Below are positions 49,102-61,800 of a stretch of 64,000 bases of DNA, piece after piece. The notes under the pieces were generated by a model, which worked only from the letters and a program-made list of their open reading frames with translations, was not told where the DNA came from and ran no database searches. Numbering within the stretch: the first letter of the stretch is position 1; each line of letters starts with the position of its first letter. The stretch is taken from NCBI RefSeq assembly GCF_006345805.1, contig NC_042999.1, forward strand, positions 63,860,001-63,924,000, given 5' to 3'. The position numbers were made by a program, and so were the translations under genes. Source of the stretch: Octopus sinensis (Eukaryota).

Positions 49102-50664
49102 ACATACATACACACTTCATAAACATATGGTCATTAAATGATACAAGAGTTCAGAGAAATCGCAGATATTGACTTTTGATACATTAATACACAGCTGCTG
49201 ATGATGATAATGGATTCTGTTTTAGGCACAAAGTCAATTTTGAAAGAAGCGGGTTAGTTAATACAATCAACTCCAGTATCTGACTAGAACTTTATTTTAT
49301 AAACCTTGAAAGGGTGAAAGAAACAGATGACCTTGGTGAGATTTGAATTCAGAATATCAAGAACCAAAACAAATACCACATTGAATTGTTCCTAATTTTA
49401 GCACAAGTACAACGATTTTGGTCAAAACAATGAAGTACCAGTCAAATACTGGGATCAATACCATTGCCCTCTGTAGCTGACTGTACTTTATTGTATCAAC
49501 CTCAAAGAGATGAAAGGCAATAATAATAAACATACCAATAATACACTAAAATCATATTCCTCTTCAAACTGGCCAGTGGAAGAGCGAGGGAGCCTGTACA
49601 CAGCAGCTCCATTTGTTAGAAATAGTAGCTAAATCTCCAAATTATATCCTATTACCTTGAACAATTTACTGAATAATGTGGCCCAGAGTGCTCTGTGAGA
49701 ATGGTCATGGCTAGACTGTCTTTCACAGGGTCTGCTTCCTTGAGACCAAACAAATGGTTTTATACCAAATCAAAAGAAATAATTTCTGTTGAAATAGTGG
49801 CGGAAATAAAAAGTCACTTTTTTTCCCAATATGCTGAGTTTTAGATCTCATTTCATTCTCTAGCTGAACACAATTCACTTTCCTTTAGTTACTAATGCTC
49901 TTGTCCTGCGTAAGACTAAACTAGTAATCGGGTCCAGCTTAGCCTTCATTGCGCCCAGGTCCACTCCGACTTGGAGTAGTAGCACCTACCAGGGTCTAAT
50001 GTTATTGCATGTTATGAAACTGTCTCTGGAAGGTCATTCACAGACATTTCAAGAGACCCCAGGGTAGATGAGAGACTTCAGCTCCTTAGTCGCTCATTTA
50101 AAAGAAGGTAATGCCATACATATCTTACACCTTGGTAACTTCTGGGCTCATGGCACTTGTTGCATCAGACTAATGCAAATTTGAAGGATGAAAGAGTGGG
50201 ACTGGTTTTGCATAAGCTATGCCCACTACAACAATATTCATCATGCAGGTTGTTCATCAAACCAAGATATCAGTACTATCACACTTTCGCGTAAGTCCAG
50301 TGGTAATCGGGAAAGAAATGACGAATAGTTGGAGGATGCTACAGGCAGCCTTCAGTTTAGACCCCGCATACAAATAGCCATAGGGTGATATCTGTTTTTA
50401 GCAGCTGTGTCTTGCTGAACCCAAGTGAGTCCAACAACGATGTTCTTGTGAACAAGATGAAAGAACAGAAAATAATCTCAGTCCCTTTTCTGGGAATGTG
50501 ATCTCGTGCCTAAATCAGAAAATATTACTACATCACATGTCCATTTCTTTAAATATCAAATCTCATACTTGCATAACAATGATGATGATTTCTAACTTTG
50601 AACAAATCTAAATATTTGGAGGAAAAGACTAGCTGATTAGATCAACCCCAGTAGTTGAATAGAT

Positions 50665-50882
50665 GAAACGTTGAGGAAGGAAGCCTCCATCGTGGTCGTT
50701 TGAACTTTAGAAATAACAGCCCAATCTCCCTTAAAATACATCAGGTCGTCTTAAAAATGAAAAACATTTGATAATGTAGTCCCACTTTAATATAAGGCTG
50801 AGAAAAAGGTGAGGTGGGCTTGGTTGGAATGCCTATGACTGTAGGTCTTTTCAATCGAGGTTGGTTAAGGGGGTTAACCAAC
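50665..50882 (+). mobile_element. Old interspersed repeat (TAGAAATAGCAGCCAAATCTCCC family), representative copy
   Basis: Diverged motif recurs at ~2.7, 12.6, 20.4, 21.9, 30.2, 33.5, 45.9, 49.6, 53.7 and 55.6 kb, often ending in AAC-rich tails. Confidence 0.65.
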
Positions 50883-53800
50883 ATCTGGTACTCATCAATC
50901 TGGAAAGGGTAACAAGTAAAATCGACCTAGGGAGGTTTTTAACCCAGAATGTAAATGCATGTCACTAAATACAATGCATTTCATCAAATACTTGACATCT
51001 ACCAACAGGAATTTGGTGCAATCACAAGAATTTCATCCTCAAAAGCTTCATTTCCAAGTAAAATTCCTCAAAATTTCAGGAAAGAGAATAGTTGATTCAT
51101 TTGGTGTTAGTGATCCCCAAAAATAGCTGAAAGGCAGAACTGGCTTTAGTGGGATTTGAACTTAGAATATGAAGGGACATCATCAAATGCTGAAATATAA
51201 CATAGCAGTCCGATTCTTACATCAACTCCTGTTAATGCTTCTAATACACAGAAAGCTACAAGTTTTGAAGTAGGATATAACCAGTTTGCTTAACCTCAGT
51301 ACTTGACTGGTCCTCCTAATCTTTTTACAGAAATCAGGTGTATCTACTCAAAATTTCATTACCCTTATCTGTGGAAAGTAGTCATACATACCAATCTATC
51401 TTTTGTTGAAGAATGCCATGTTTGAAACTATTTTTTATTGAGATATGTCAAGTTCAATGAGGCAACATGACATGCAAAAAATACCAATTCTATTTTTTGG
51501 AAAAAATTTTATTTTGCAATTAAAGGGTTAATCCTAACCCTTGTGGATTTGAACTAAGTAAAGGGGTATAACTCACCTCGACAAGGCATATTTTGTTTGA
51601 CATACTTTGATTTGGGTTAATCCTCACTCTTACAACAACAAAGCAAATGTTCTTATGAAGGAGAATAGAAGCAACAGCTGAGAAAATTGCTATATCCCAG
51701 TACATCACTGATACTTTATTCTATGGATTCTGACAGGATTTGAATCCAAAATGTAAAGGGATACATCTAAACCACGAGCAGCATTTACTAGTGTTTCTAC
51801 AACTAACAACCCTGAGATATGACAATGCCTTTGATTTCAAATCCTGCAGAAATTGATGATAAAATGAGTAAACCTACGAACAATCTCCTTCCCAACAAAT
51901 AACATTGAAATTAATAGGCACAGGCATGGTCGTGCAGTTTAGAAGCTCACTTTGCAATCATGTGGTTTCAGTCACATTGTATGAGATTTTGGGCAGTCTC
52001 CTACTTTATAACCCCATGCCAACCAATGCCTTGTGAATGAATTTGGCAGATGAAAACTATATGGAAGCCCACTATGTATATGTCTTTGTGTCTGTGTTTT
52101 TCCTAACCCACTGTTTTACAACTGGTGTTAGTTTATGTCCCTGCAAGTTGGTGATTCAGTATTAAGATGTTAATGAGCATCCGACATAAAGCATATGTAC
52201 TGGGGATCATTCAGAGTAGGGTCCCAACATGGCTGCAGCCCAATGACTGAAACAAAAGATATTTAGTAACATAAATAATCTAGATTTCGGTTGGAGTTAA
52301 AGCAGAACAAAAGAGAGGATTTAATCAATCCGAGCAGATGACTGGTATTTCATTTCAGTCACCTAAGAAACTTAAAGAGGACGAGAGTTTTGTAACTTGC
52401 TTAAAGCACTGATAAATATGCAGAAAATTAGTATTATCGAAGGCTGTGGATAGGCAGGTCAAAAATTAAAAACCAAAAATAATGATGCAAGTGAAATGTT
52501 AACTAAGATATATTTAATTACCATATTTACTCATGTATAAGTCATTACTTTATATGTGGTTTTAACTGATAAAACTGAGGAAAAGATAAAACTATAACAG
52601 GGAAAAAGTCTCGTAACAAGATTTAACACAAAATTAGAGGTGCATATGAGTAAATACAATAGTAGCAAGATTTCAGGTAAAATACACCTTTTCAAAGGCG
52701 CTAAGAAAATGAAAGAAATGTCCTTTCGCTTGGCATGCCAAGAAATATCAAGTCTAGTATTTCTAAGCCAACATCTTTTTTTGTTGCTTGCAGCCTTCAA
52801 TAACATTGGTTTTCTTTTCTTTTTTTTTAAGGTGTAGCTCTTTATAGGTTTATGTGAAGAGGCCTTGAAATCTGCTCTAATGAAACCAGTTCCAAGCAAA
52901 GAACTAATATATCAGAAGACCGAACAACTACCTTGCCAGGAGGTTGGGTGGAAAGAATATTCCTCCTCCTACTACTACCACCACCGCCACCGATGTTGAT
53001 GATGATTTCCAACATATGTAGAAAAACCAATTATTTTAGATGTTGTCGATTAAACTATCGCAGTACATGACTTGCACTTTTCTTCTATCGACTCAGAGAT
53101 AAAAGGCCAGGTTGACATCAGCGAGGTTTGAACTCGGAACATAAAGGGACATAACTATATGAAAAAAATTTAATCCGCTTCTTTATTGATTTTATCCTGA
53201 CTTCAACAATAATAATAGTTTGACATATTCACAAGGTCACATCTTTTACTTTTTACATAGAAAGAGGGGTGGTAAAGGGGGCAGTCAATTATATCAAACT
53301 AATACATTGACCGGTGCTTCATTCCAATCAACCCGGTGAAAGATAAAACGAAAATACCGACCTCGTTGGAATTCGAACTCAGAACGACATAAAGACAGTC
53401 GCATAATGTTAGCGGTAATAACATAAGAATAAGCAATATAGCAATGCTCGCTCAGTACCCCCCCCCCCAACAGGATGTAGAAATTTGAAAATAAATAGTC
53501 GCGTCGCAAGCATTAACATCAATTTAGTAAACAAGTGCTCTGGTGTATTTAAGCAGGTGGAGGGGAGAAAATGAAGATAAGAATAGGGGTGAGGGTAGGA
53601 GTGAAAAAGGCGATGGGAAGGAAGGGGATGTGGAGATAAAGACAAAGCAGACTATAGGACAGATGCGACTGAGATTATTAATACCCACCAGATATACTAA
53701 ACAATGAAATCTGACATGGGAGCCTCTACGTGGTTGTTTGAAATGTTAGAAATAGCAGTTAAATCTCACTTATATCACACTGCCGTTTAAAAAAATGAGT

Positions 53801-54418
53801 AAGTTTATAATGGACGATGTAAACCTAGAGACATTACTAAAAACAAATAAGACGATAGTCACGGATGAATTACTACTGATCCTAAATCTGACCGATCAGA
53901 ACTGATCTGAGATTAAACAACAATAACGGTTTCTGATTTAGGCACAAAGCCAGCAATTTTGAATTTAGTTGATTCTATCGACATCAGTACTTGATTGGGA
54001 CTTTAATGACCATGGAAGGATGAAAGGCAACAAAATTGACCTCGGCAGGATTAGAACTCAGACCATAAAGAACCCGAGCAAATACTACAAAGTATTTTCT
54101 CCGACGCCATAACGATTCTGCCAACAGGCATGGTCATATTTCCAAGTAGCAGCAAAGTCTCCCTCAAATTATATCTTGCCCACTAATAAAAGGAATGATA
54201 TCAATAGTCACTGATATATTACAGCGTCAGCATTAAAATAAATGGTAGTGGTGGTGGTAAGATAGGAATGAGTACGCTTGAAATGCCCTTTGGTGGTTAT
54301 GGGTCTAACCCGAGCGGGGCTGACCTGCAGAACAATGAAATCCTGTGACACTATAATAAATACAACAGAAAACTGTTGGTGGATGTATATGTGGTGCTTC
54401 TTTTTAGTTAAAGATACG

Positions 54419-54464
<46 letters not shown>

Positions 54465-55864
54465 CACACACACAAAACAAACGTTTTCAATTTGTCACAT
54501 GAAACCCGAAGAGAAATCAATTTGACAATCGATTCACATTATCCCCCTCTCCCATTCTAATGTCTGTTCCTCTTTATATTTACATCCTGTTTTTGTAGTT
54601 CGCATCATCTTCGTTTAACGATAAAATAAAAAATATTGAGAATTTTATGAAATTTAATATATTTATGTAATAGAAATGAATTAATTTAAATAAAGGGAGA
54701 CGAGCAGGAGAAGAAGTAAATTGCGTGTCACCAGAAGGATCGCACAGTTTTAAAGTGCGACGGAGTGAATCATCGGCTTAGAACATTTTTAGCTACATGT
54801 GTGTGTACATATGTACAAAATTTTATACACATGTACACACATTGTGTATATTCAGGTAAAACTTCATAAGTAGTGTAATGTGTAAGCGATGGTCAAAATC
54901 TTGAAATGTACATTAAGCATATCTCAATGTACATTACAAAATACGTACGCACATGTGTGTGTATACACACACACATATACATTATATATATATATATGTT
55001 CAAGGTTTAAAAGGAACACACTAGTTGATATATATGGACAAAAAGTCAAGGTAGAAAATTATATATATATATATATATAATTATTATTATTATTCGTGTA
55101 TTAAAAACACACACATGTTGGGTGTCCATTGTATTTCAAATATTTTGACTGTTCATTATTAATTCAACTCCCCTGTTAAATACCATCTAAGCCATGAAAA
55201 TCTATGTTTAGCTTTTAAATAACTGTCCCCTACAGCAGGCGCGTTAATTTGTCACTAGATTTGTAGGCTAATAATAAACCCCGACAGTATCTTCCTTCCT
55301 ATCCTTCCTCACCCAACAAAAAAGCAGCTGATGACAGTAAGAAGACAACTGATTATATATAATTAGGCGCTTTGAATTATTATAACAAACGATTTATTAT
55401 TTATTTGTTTAGAAATGTACAAGGAAGTAAAACACACACACACACGTGTGTGTGTGTGTTGTGTGTGTGTGTGGTGTCCCAGTTACCAGAAATAATATTG
55501 TATGATTTTTAGTATAGTCTCACTGGATCATTTCGCATCCAGAACGGATCGTAAGTGAACATAATGTTGGATGTGAGAAATATAACATATTCAAAGGAGT
55601 CTCAACCATGGTCGTTCAGACTGATAGAAATACAGCAAAATCTTCTTCATATCACACATCTGTCTTTTTTTTCTTTTTTAAGAGAGCACATTAACAATAA
55701 GTGAAGGATCAAAAAAGGAGGAACACATATTCTCAGAGGCAGGCATGCCATTTGAACCGAGCTAGCTTGCAGTTAACATATATACATGATGCATGCGAGT
55801 AATTTAACTGGAATCCCAGTTTGTCGAAGTGGTATGTAAATTCTTATATATATATATATATGTG

Positions 55865-55900
<36 letters not shown>

Positions 55901-56417
55901 ATAGATAGATGACAAAAAGGAAAATATTGGAGATATTTTACTTTGATGAAGATGAGGGAACGACGCAAGAGGTAGACAGATAACTGGGTTTGAAGGCCAT
56001 TGTGTAGTGAAAACCGCAACACTGCCGTTTCAACACCTGTGTGTGTGTGTATATACACACAGACGCACACCTTGTTCTTTGGTTTAGTGAGGTGTATATG
56101 GAGGGAGGGGGACTAAGAGAAAAGGTGGCTTAACGGGGATATGTCGGACTGAATGAACAATAAACACCTCGGTTTAGCAGTGAAATACGAGCATCGCAAA
56201 TGTATCTGCATGTTTGCAGATACATTTGGACAGAGAAAGAAGGTGGATGGGTTTGTACACGTTTTTGGTTTAACAAACTATAGAAGCAGTACTCAATACA
56301 TGTAGAGCTCATTTGCTACGGCGTGACCCGCTAGTTTCGTACACACACATATTATATATTATTTATTAAAACCACACAAAACTATGTGAAATTCAGCTGC
56401 CTAGGGTTTCCAAACTG

Positions 56418-56474
<57 letters not shown>

Positions 56475-56860
56475 GCGTGTCCCTGTACAAATTATATCCT
56501 CACACACTTCTCACTCTCTCTCTCTCTATATATATATGTATTATAGTGCGCATATAATTCAGTTAAAACATGAACTAAGCAAACATAAATAGCAAAGAAT
56601 GTATACAAGTTCTATAAATCATCATACATGTAGACGCACATAAACATACATGTCGTTAGTTATGGTCATAGATACATGTACATGTGTGTATATAATCATT
56701 ATACATACTAGTTTGTGTTGTCTATGTATACACACATATATTCAGTGTGTTGTGCTGTACAGTCACACACACATGTATATGTGTCGAAGTGGGCGGTTTC
56801 CGTTGAAAGCTTGCTTGTGACTTTGAGTATGTGCTATGTTGATCATATGTTTGTGGGCAG

Positions 56861-57019
56861 AATGACTTACCACCCTGCCTGACTTATACAATGATCGTAT
56901 ATGTGCGTACCAAGACTTACCTCTAAGACTACGGATAATTAGTGATCATATATGTGTGTAGAATGACTTGTATAGTAGTCGTATACGTATATAATATATG
57001 TGTGTGTAGAATGACTTAC
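56861..57019 (-). repeat. Degenerate ~50-bp tandem array built from the exon-1 donor site
   Basis: GTAAGTCATT-like units start at 57019, 56970, 56920 and 56870; later units also share CATATGATCA-like tails. Confidence 0.7.
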
Positions 57020-57142
57020 CGCAATTACATTAACGAACGTAGTCTTGCCAGAATACTGCAAGCCGACTAGGGTTAATTCCATTTCTTCCTTCCAGAATAA
57101 ACTTCGGAACCAATCAAGGATTCTTTGAAATAATGCTAACAT
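57020..57142 (-). CDS. ARL8: ADP-ribosylation factor-like GTPase 8, coding exon 1 (41 codons)
   Basis: Translates [41 protein letters not shown]: the ARL8 amphipathic N-helix plus the diagnostic GLQYSGKT P-loop. Ends at GCG|GTAAGT donor, phase 0. Confidence 0.97.
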
Positions 57143-58210
57143 GATGAATAGTTTTCCTCAACCTCCTTCAAGACTCTTTTTTTCTTCTTCTTTCTTTTAA
57201 TGTTTCTAAAATTTTCCTTTTTTTTTGTTTTAGAGTTTGTTAAAGGAAAATATGGTAATAACAAGAACAACCGCAAACAGTAATAATTATAGTAAAATAT
57301 ATATATATAATGAAATCTAAATAAAATATATCACCAAGTTGTTGACTTTTTGTTCCTTGTTCTCCTTTCTTTTGGTTGACTCCGAGTAGAAAACAATAAA
57401 ACTATATCATAGATAAGGGTAGATTTATGTAGACACACATTAAATAATATATATATATAAATACTTATATACACATGTACGTATGTGTATTTATATATAT
57501 AAATACAACGTTAGGTTGCTACTGTATCCTTGCAGGACAAAGGTTTCCGATATATGCTTAGGTGTCTATGAGTGTTGTAAGGTGTGTATATTTTGACTAA
57601 AGGTAGTTATCAAGACAATATACACACCAAAGCACAGAGAGAAAGAGAGAGAGCTTGCGAGAAGACAGCAGCTTGCTTCTTTATATATATAAATATATAT
57701 TTGTTGTGTTGTTAATCTTTCAGTTTGCTGTGATCTATACTCTTTTCCTTCATTCACGATGATATTCCGTCGGTATAATAATAATATATATATTTGTGTA
57801 TGACTAAATATATGTGTATTTGTGTATGTATGTATGTATGTTATAGCACACCAGTGTCTGTTTAGGAGAGGGAGAGAGAGTTAGGGTAGTTAGGGTGTGT
57901 GTTGTTTGTGAAACTAGCAGTGTTAGAGTAAGTAAGCGGCCTTCCACTGGTGTGTGTGCTTGTGCAGGAGTTGCTCGGACCGAAAGAGAGTGAAAGAGGA
58001 AGGTGCAAAGAGAGTGCAACCAGTATGAGGAATAGCCAGAGATAATGTAACTATAAGAGGGGGGAATGTGACAGCATGAAAGAGCATAATAAAAAATAAT
58101 GATGAGGGATAGTAAGAGATGTTAACATTACATACACACACGCACAAGAACACAGACGTAAAGAAACAGAGAGAGTAAGTGAAGAAGTGGTACGAGGTAA
58201 AGAAGGGGAG

Positions 58211-58268
58211 GAATGACGAATCACATGACTGTAACTCATGGTTCTATTTCCGCTTCCGCTCATGTGAC
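58211..58268 (-). promoter_or_regulatory. Putative ARL8 core promoter
   Basis: TCACATGAC (58221-58229) and TCATGTGAC (58260-58268) E/M-boxes flank tandem ETS-like CGGAAGCGGAA (58248-58258, minus strand). Inr-like TCATTC at 58216-58211. About 1.07 kb upstream of the ATG. Confidence 0.55.
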
Positions 58269-58376
58269 CCCTTAAAACATAATTAAATGTCATCCTAGAC
58301 AGAGCTAGTGTTTTTAATTTGTCCCCGTACTTTAGTTTTGGTAAGGCACAAGAGGGAAATAGAAATCAAAACATGA

Positions 58377-58427
<51 letters not shown>

Positions 58428-58519
58428 AACGATCGGCAGAAGTTACAGTGTTACTGCAAGCTTGCGAGTTTCGTTCACTGGCATTTATCAATAATATATG
58501 TATATCACACACACATATA

Positions 58520-59260
58520 TATACTCTTTTACTTGCTTCAGTCATTTTGACTGCGGCCATGCTGGAGCACCGCCTTTTTAGTCGAGCAAATCGACCCCGG
58601 GACTTATTCCTTGTAAGCCCAGTACTTATTCTATCGGTCTCTTTTTGCCGAACCGCTAGGTGACGGGGACATAAACACACCAGCATCGGTTGTCAAGCAA
58701 TGCTAGAGGGACAAACACAAACATATACACACACATACATATATATACGACAGGCTTCTTTCAGTTTCCGTCTACCAAATCCACTCACATGGCTTTGGTC
58801 GGCCCGAGGCTATAGCAGAAGACACTTGCCCAAAATACCACGCAGTGGGACTGAACTCGGAAACATGTGGTTGGTTAGCAAGCTACTTACCACACAGCCA
58901 CTCCTATACCTTTTTTCTTTCATTTGTTTCAGTCATAAGACTGTGGCCAAGCTGGGGCACGGCTTTGAAGAACTTTAGTTGAACGAACTGACCGCAGTAG
59001 TTTTTAAAGTCTGGTAGTCTATCCGTCATTTTCACCGAACCGTTAAGTTAGGGGACATAAACGCACTAACACCAGTTATCAAGCGGTGCAGAGGGTTAAA
59101 CACAGGCACACACACACACACATGTATGTATACAACAGGCTTCTTTGAATTTTAATATTTAGTCGGCCCGAGGCTATAGTAGAAGACACTTGCTCATGAT
59201 GACATGCTATGAGACTGAACCTAGAACCATACGGTTGAAAGCAAACTTCTTACCACACAG
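58520..59260 (-). mobile_element. Two tandem family A SINEs (young 58520-58905; degenerate 58915-59260)
   Basis: Two reverse copies arranged head-to-tail. Confidence 0.85.
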
Positions 59261-59369
59261 TCACGACTATTTCTTTCCTTTCCTGAGCGTCCAATAACAC
59301 TATACTTGTTCCACGTCCTCGCGTTGTTGTTTTCTCTTTGTGTTTTCATGTTTGGATTAACTATATATA

Positions 59370-59412
<43 letters not shown>

Positions 59413-59421
<9 letters not shown>

Positions 59422-59608
59422 ATATGTTACATTACTCGATAGTCAAGATAAAACTCTGAGTTTCAGATGCCGAAGTGGGAGTCCACGACATCTCTTCGGT
59501 TATCTGGCTATTTCTAGATAACCGAAGAGATGTCGTGGATTCCCACTTCGGCATCTGAAACTCAGAGTTTTATCTTGACTATCGAGTAATGTAACATATT
59601 ATTTTATA
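59413..59608. repeat. Near-perfect hairpin, 93-bp arms, 10-nt loop
   Basis: 59413-59505 is the reverse complement of 59516-59608; one mismatch seen. Confidence 0.95.
59516..59575 (+). ncRNA. Degenerate hammerhead-like motif (mirrored on the minus strand in the left arm)
   Basis: Stem I AGATAA/TTATCT, core CCGAAGA, stem II GATGTCG/CGGCATC, extra T, GAAA, stem III ACTC-A-GAGT, H=T. Confidence 0.4.
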
Positions 59609-59677
59609 GATAAATTTCCTCTATTTACATAATATTGAGGTCTCTTTCTTTTTTTTTGTTATATATATATATATATG

Positions 59678-60205
59678 GCCAGCCAAGTGAGACCATAACC
59701 TGTGGCCTATGCCAGGGGTGTAACCAGCCCACTTATGTGTACCTTTCCTTCATTGGACACTAAACTCTGCTTTCGAAGACCTGTTGAGGCAAGTGAAATC
59801 GAAATTGAATCAAATTCGATGACTGGCACCCATGCCAGTGGAGTGCTAATTGAACCAACCGAGTGTGATTATTGCCAGAGCAGCTGACTGGCTTCTGTGT
59901 CATGTGAAAAAACATTCTAGTGAGGTTGTTGCCAGTGCCGCTGGACTGGCTCCTGTGCAGGTGGCACATAAAAAACACCATTTGAGCGTGACCACTGCTA
60001 GTACCGCTTGACTGGCCCTTGTGACAATGGCACATAAAAGCACCCACTACACTCTCAGAGTGATTGGCTTTAGGAAGGACATCCAGCTGTAGAAACTGCC
60101 AGATCAGATTGAAGCCTGGTGCAGCCATCTGGCTTGCCAGTCCCCAGTCAAACTGCCCAACCCATGTCAGCATGGAAAGCGTTAAACGATGATGATGATG
60201 ATAAT
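59678..60205 (+). mobile_element. RTE 3' UTR and tail
   Basis: Starts at GCCAAGTGAGACCATAACC as in 5805-5825; ends in (GAT)n. Confidence 0.85.
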
Positions 60206-60337
60206 GATAATAAGCCGGTGCTGGAGAAAGTAATTAGAGCTGAGTTAATTTGTTTCCTTATTTTCAGTTTCGTCCCCTCAAGAATCCAAAATTAAACCCG
60301 GGATCAACTTTAACATTCTTATATATATATATATATA

Positions 60338-60730
60338 TAGGAGTTGCTGTGTGGTAAGTTGCTTTCTTACCAACCACATGGTTCTAGGTTCAGTCCCACT
60401 GCATGGCACCTTGGGCAAGTGTTTTCTGCTATAGCCTCAGGCTCACCAAAGCCTTGTGAGTGGATTTGGTAGACAGAAACTGAAAGAAGTCCATCTTATA
60501 TATGTATATATATATATGTATGTGTGTGTATATGTTTGTCCCCCGGAAACATCACTTGACAACTGATGCTGATGTGTATACGTCCCTGTAACTTAGCGGT
60601 TCAGCAACAGAGACCGACAGAGTAAGTACTAGGCTTACAAAAATAAGTCTTGGAATTGATTTGCTCAACTAAAAGCGGTGCTCCAGCATGGCCACAGTCA
60701 AATGACTGAAACAAGTAAAAGAGTAAAAGA
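60338..60730 (+). mobile_element. SINE family A
   Basis: Full head and tail. Confidence 0.9.
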
Positions 60731-61104
60731 CCTAGTGAAACGTTGGCTGAGATAAATGGGAAGGATTTAGGAATAGTTATAGAGCTGGGAGTAGAAGATA
60801 GAACAAACCTTATACACCTTGAAATCCTAGAATTAATCTTGAAGACCATAAGAATAATTTTCACAGCGTCCCAACTATTAGGCTGATATGCCCATCAAAG
60901 ATGGATGTAGATAGAATTATTAAAACTATTATAGATACGATTATACTGACTCTTAGATTCAAAAGTAAACTTACACTATGGTCTGACAGAGAGGATGTGA
61001 TTCGATAGTTCAAAAGCCTATAGACTAAAAATAGTAAATTTATACAACTTCATATCTCATATCATTCTACGATTAATCCATTATTACTAAATAAGACCTT
61101 TATA

Positions 61105-61325
61105 TTTGCATGACTGTGGCCATGTTGGAGCACTGCCTTTAGACAAGCAAATCAACCCCAGGATTTATTCTTTGTAAGCCTAGTACTCATTCTATCGGTC
61201 TCTGTTGCTGAACCGCTAAGTTATGGGGACGTAAAAACACCAGCATCAGTTGTCAAGCAATGTTGGGGGGGACAAACACAAGCACACAAATGTATACACA
61301 CACATACATTTATATATATATATAG

Positions 61326-61365
<40 letters not shown>

Positions 61366-61790
61366 CATATATATGATGGGCTCCTTTCAGTTCCCGTCTA
61401 CCAAATCCACTTACAAGGCTTTGGTCGGCCTGAGGCTATAGAAGAAGACACTTGCCCAAGGTGCCACGCAGTGAGATTGAACCCGGAACCATGTGGCTGG
61501 TAAGCAAGCTACTTACCACACAGCCACTCCTACGCCTATAGGTCTTTTACTCTTTTACTTGTTGCAGTCATTTGACTGTGGTCATGCTGGAGCACTGCCT
61601 TTAGTCGATCAAGCAAACCCAGGACTTATTCTTTGTAAGCCTAGTACTTATTCTATCGGTCTCTTTTGCCGAACCACTAAGTTACGGGGATGTAAGCACA
61701 CCAGCATCGGTTGTCAAGCGATGTTGGGGGGACAAACACAGAAACACAAACATATACACACACATATATATATATATACATATATACGAC
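61105..61790 (-). mobile_element. Family A SINE (61105-61520) plus a second tail half (61545-61790)
   Basis: Reverse copies, inverted relative to 60338-60730. Confidence 0.88.
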
Positions 61791-61800
61791 AGGTTATATA

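Larger units (their letters stand above)
14292..57019 (-). other. ARL8: ARL8 intron 1 (42.7 kb, GT-AG)
   Basis: Exon 1 (..VIA) joins exon 2 (SGQF..) with no missing ARL8 residues. Confidence 0.85.

Noticed and set aside
57884-57900. Two TTAGGG telomere-like hexamers
   Set aside because: Too short to be an interstitial telomeric array.
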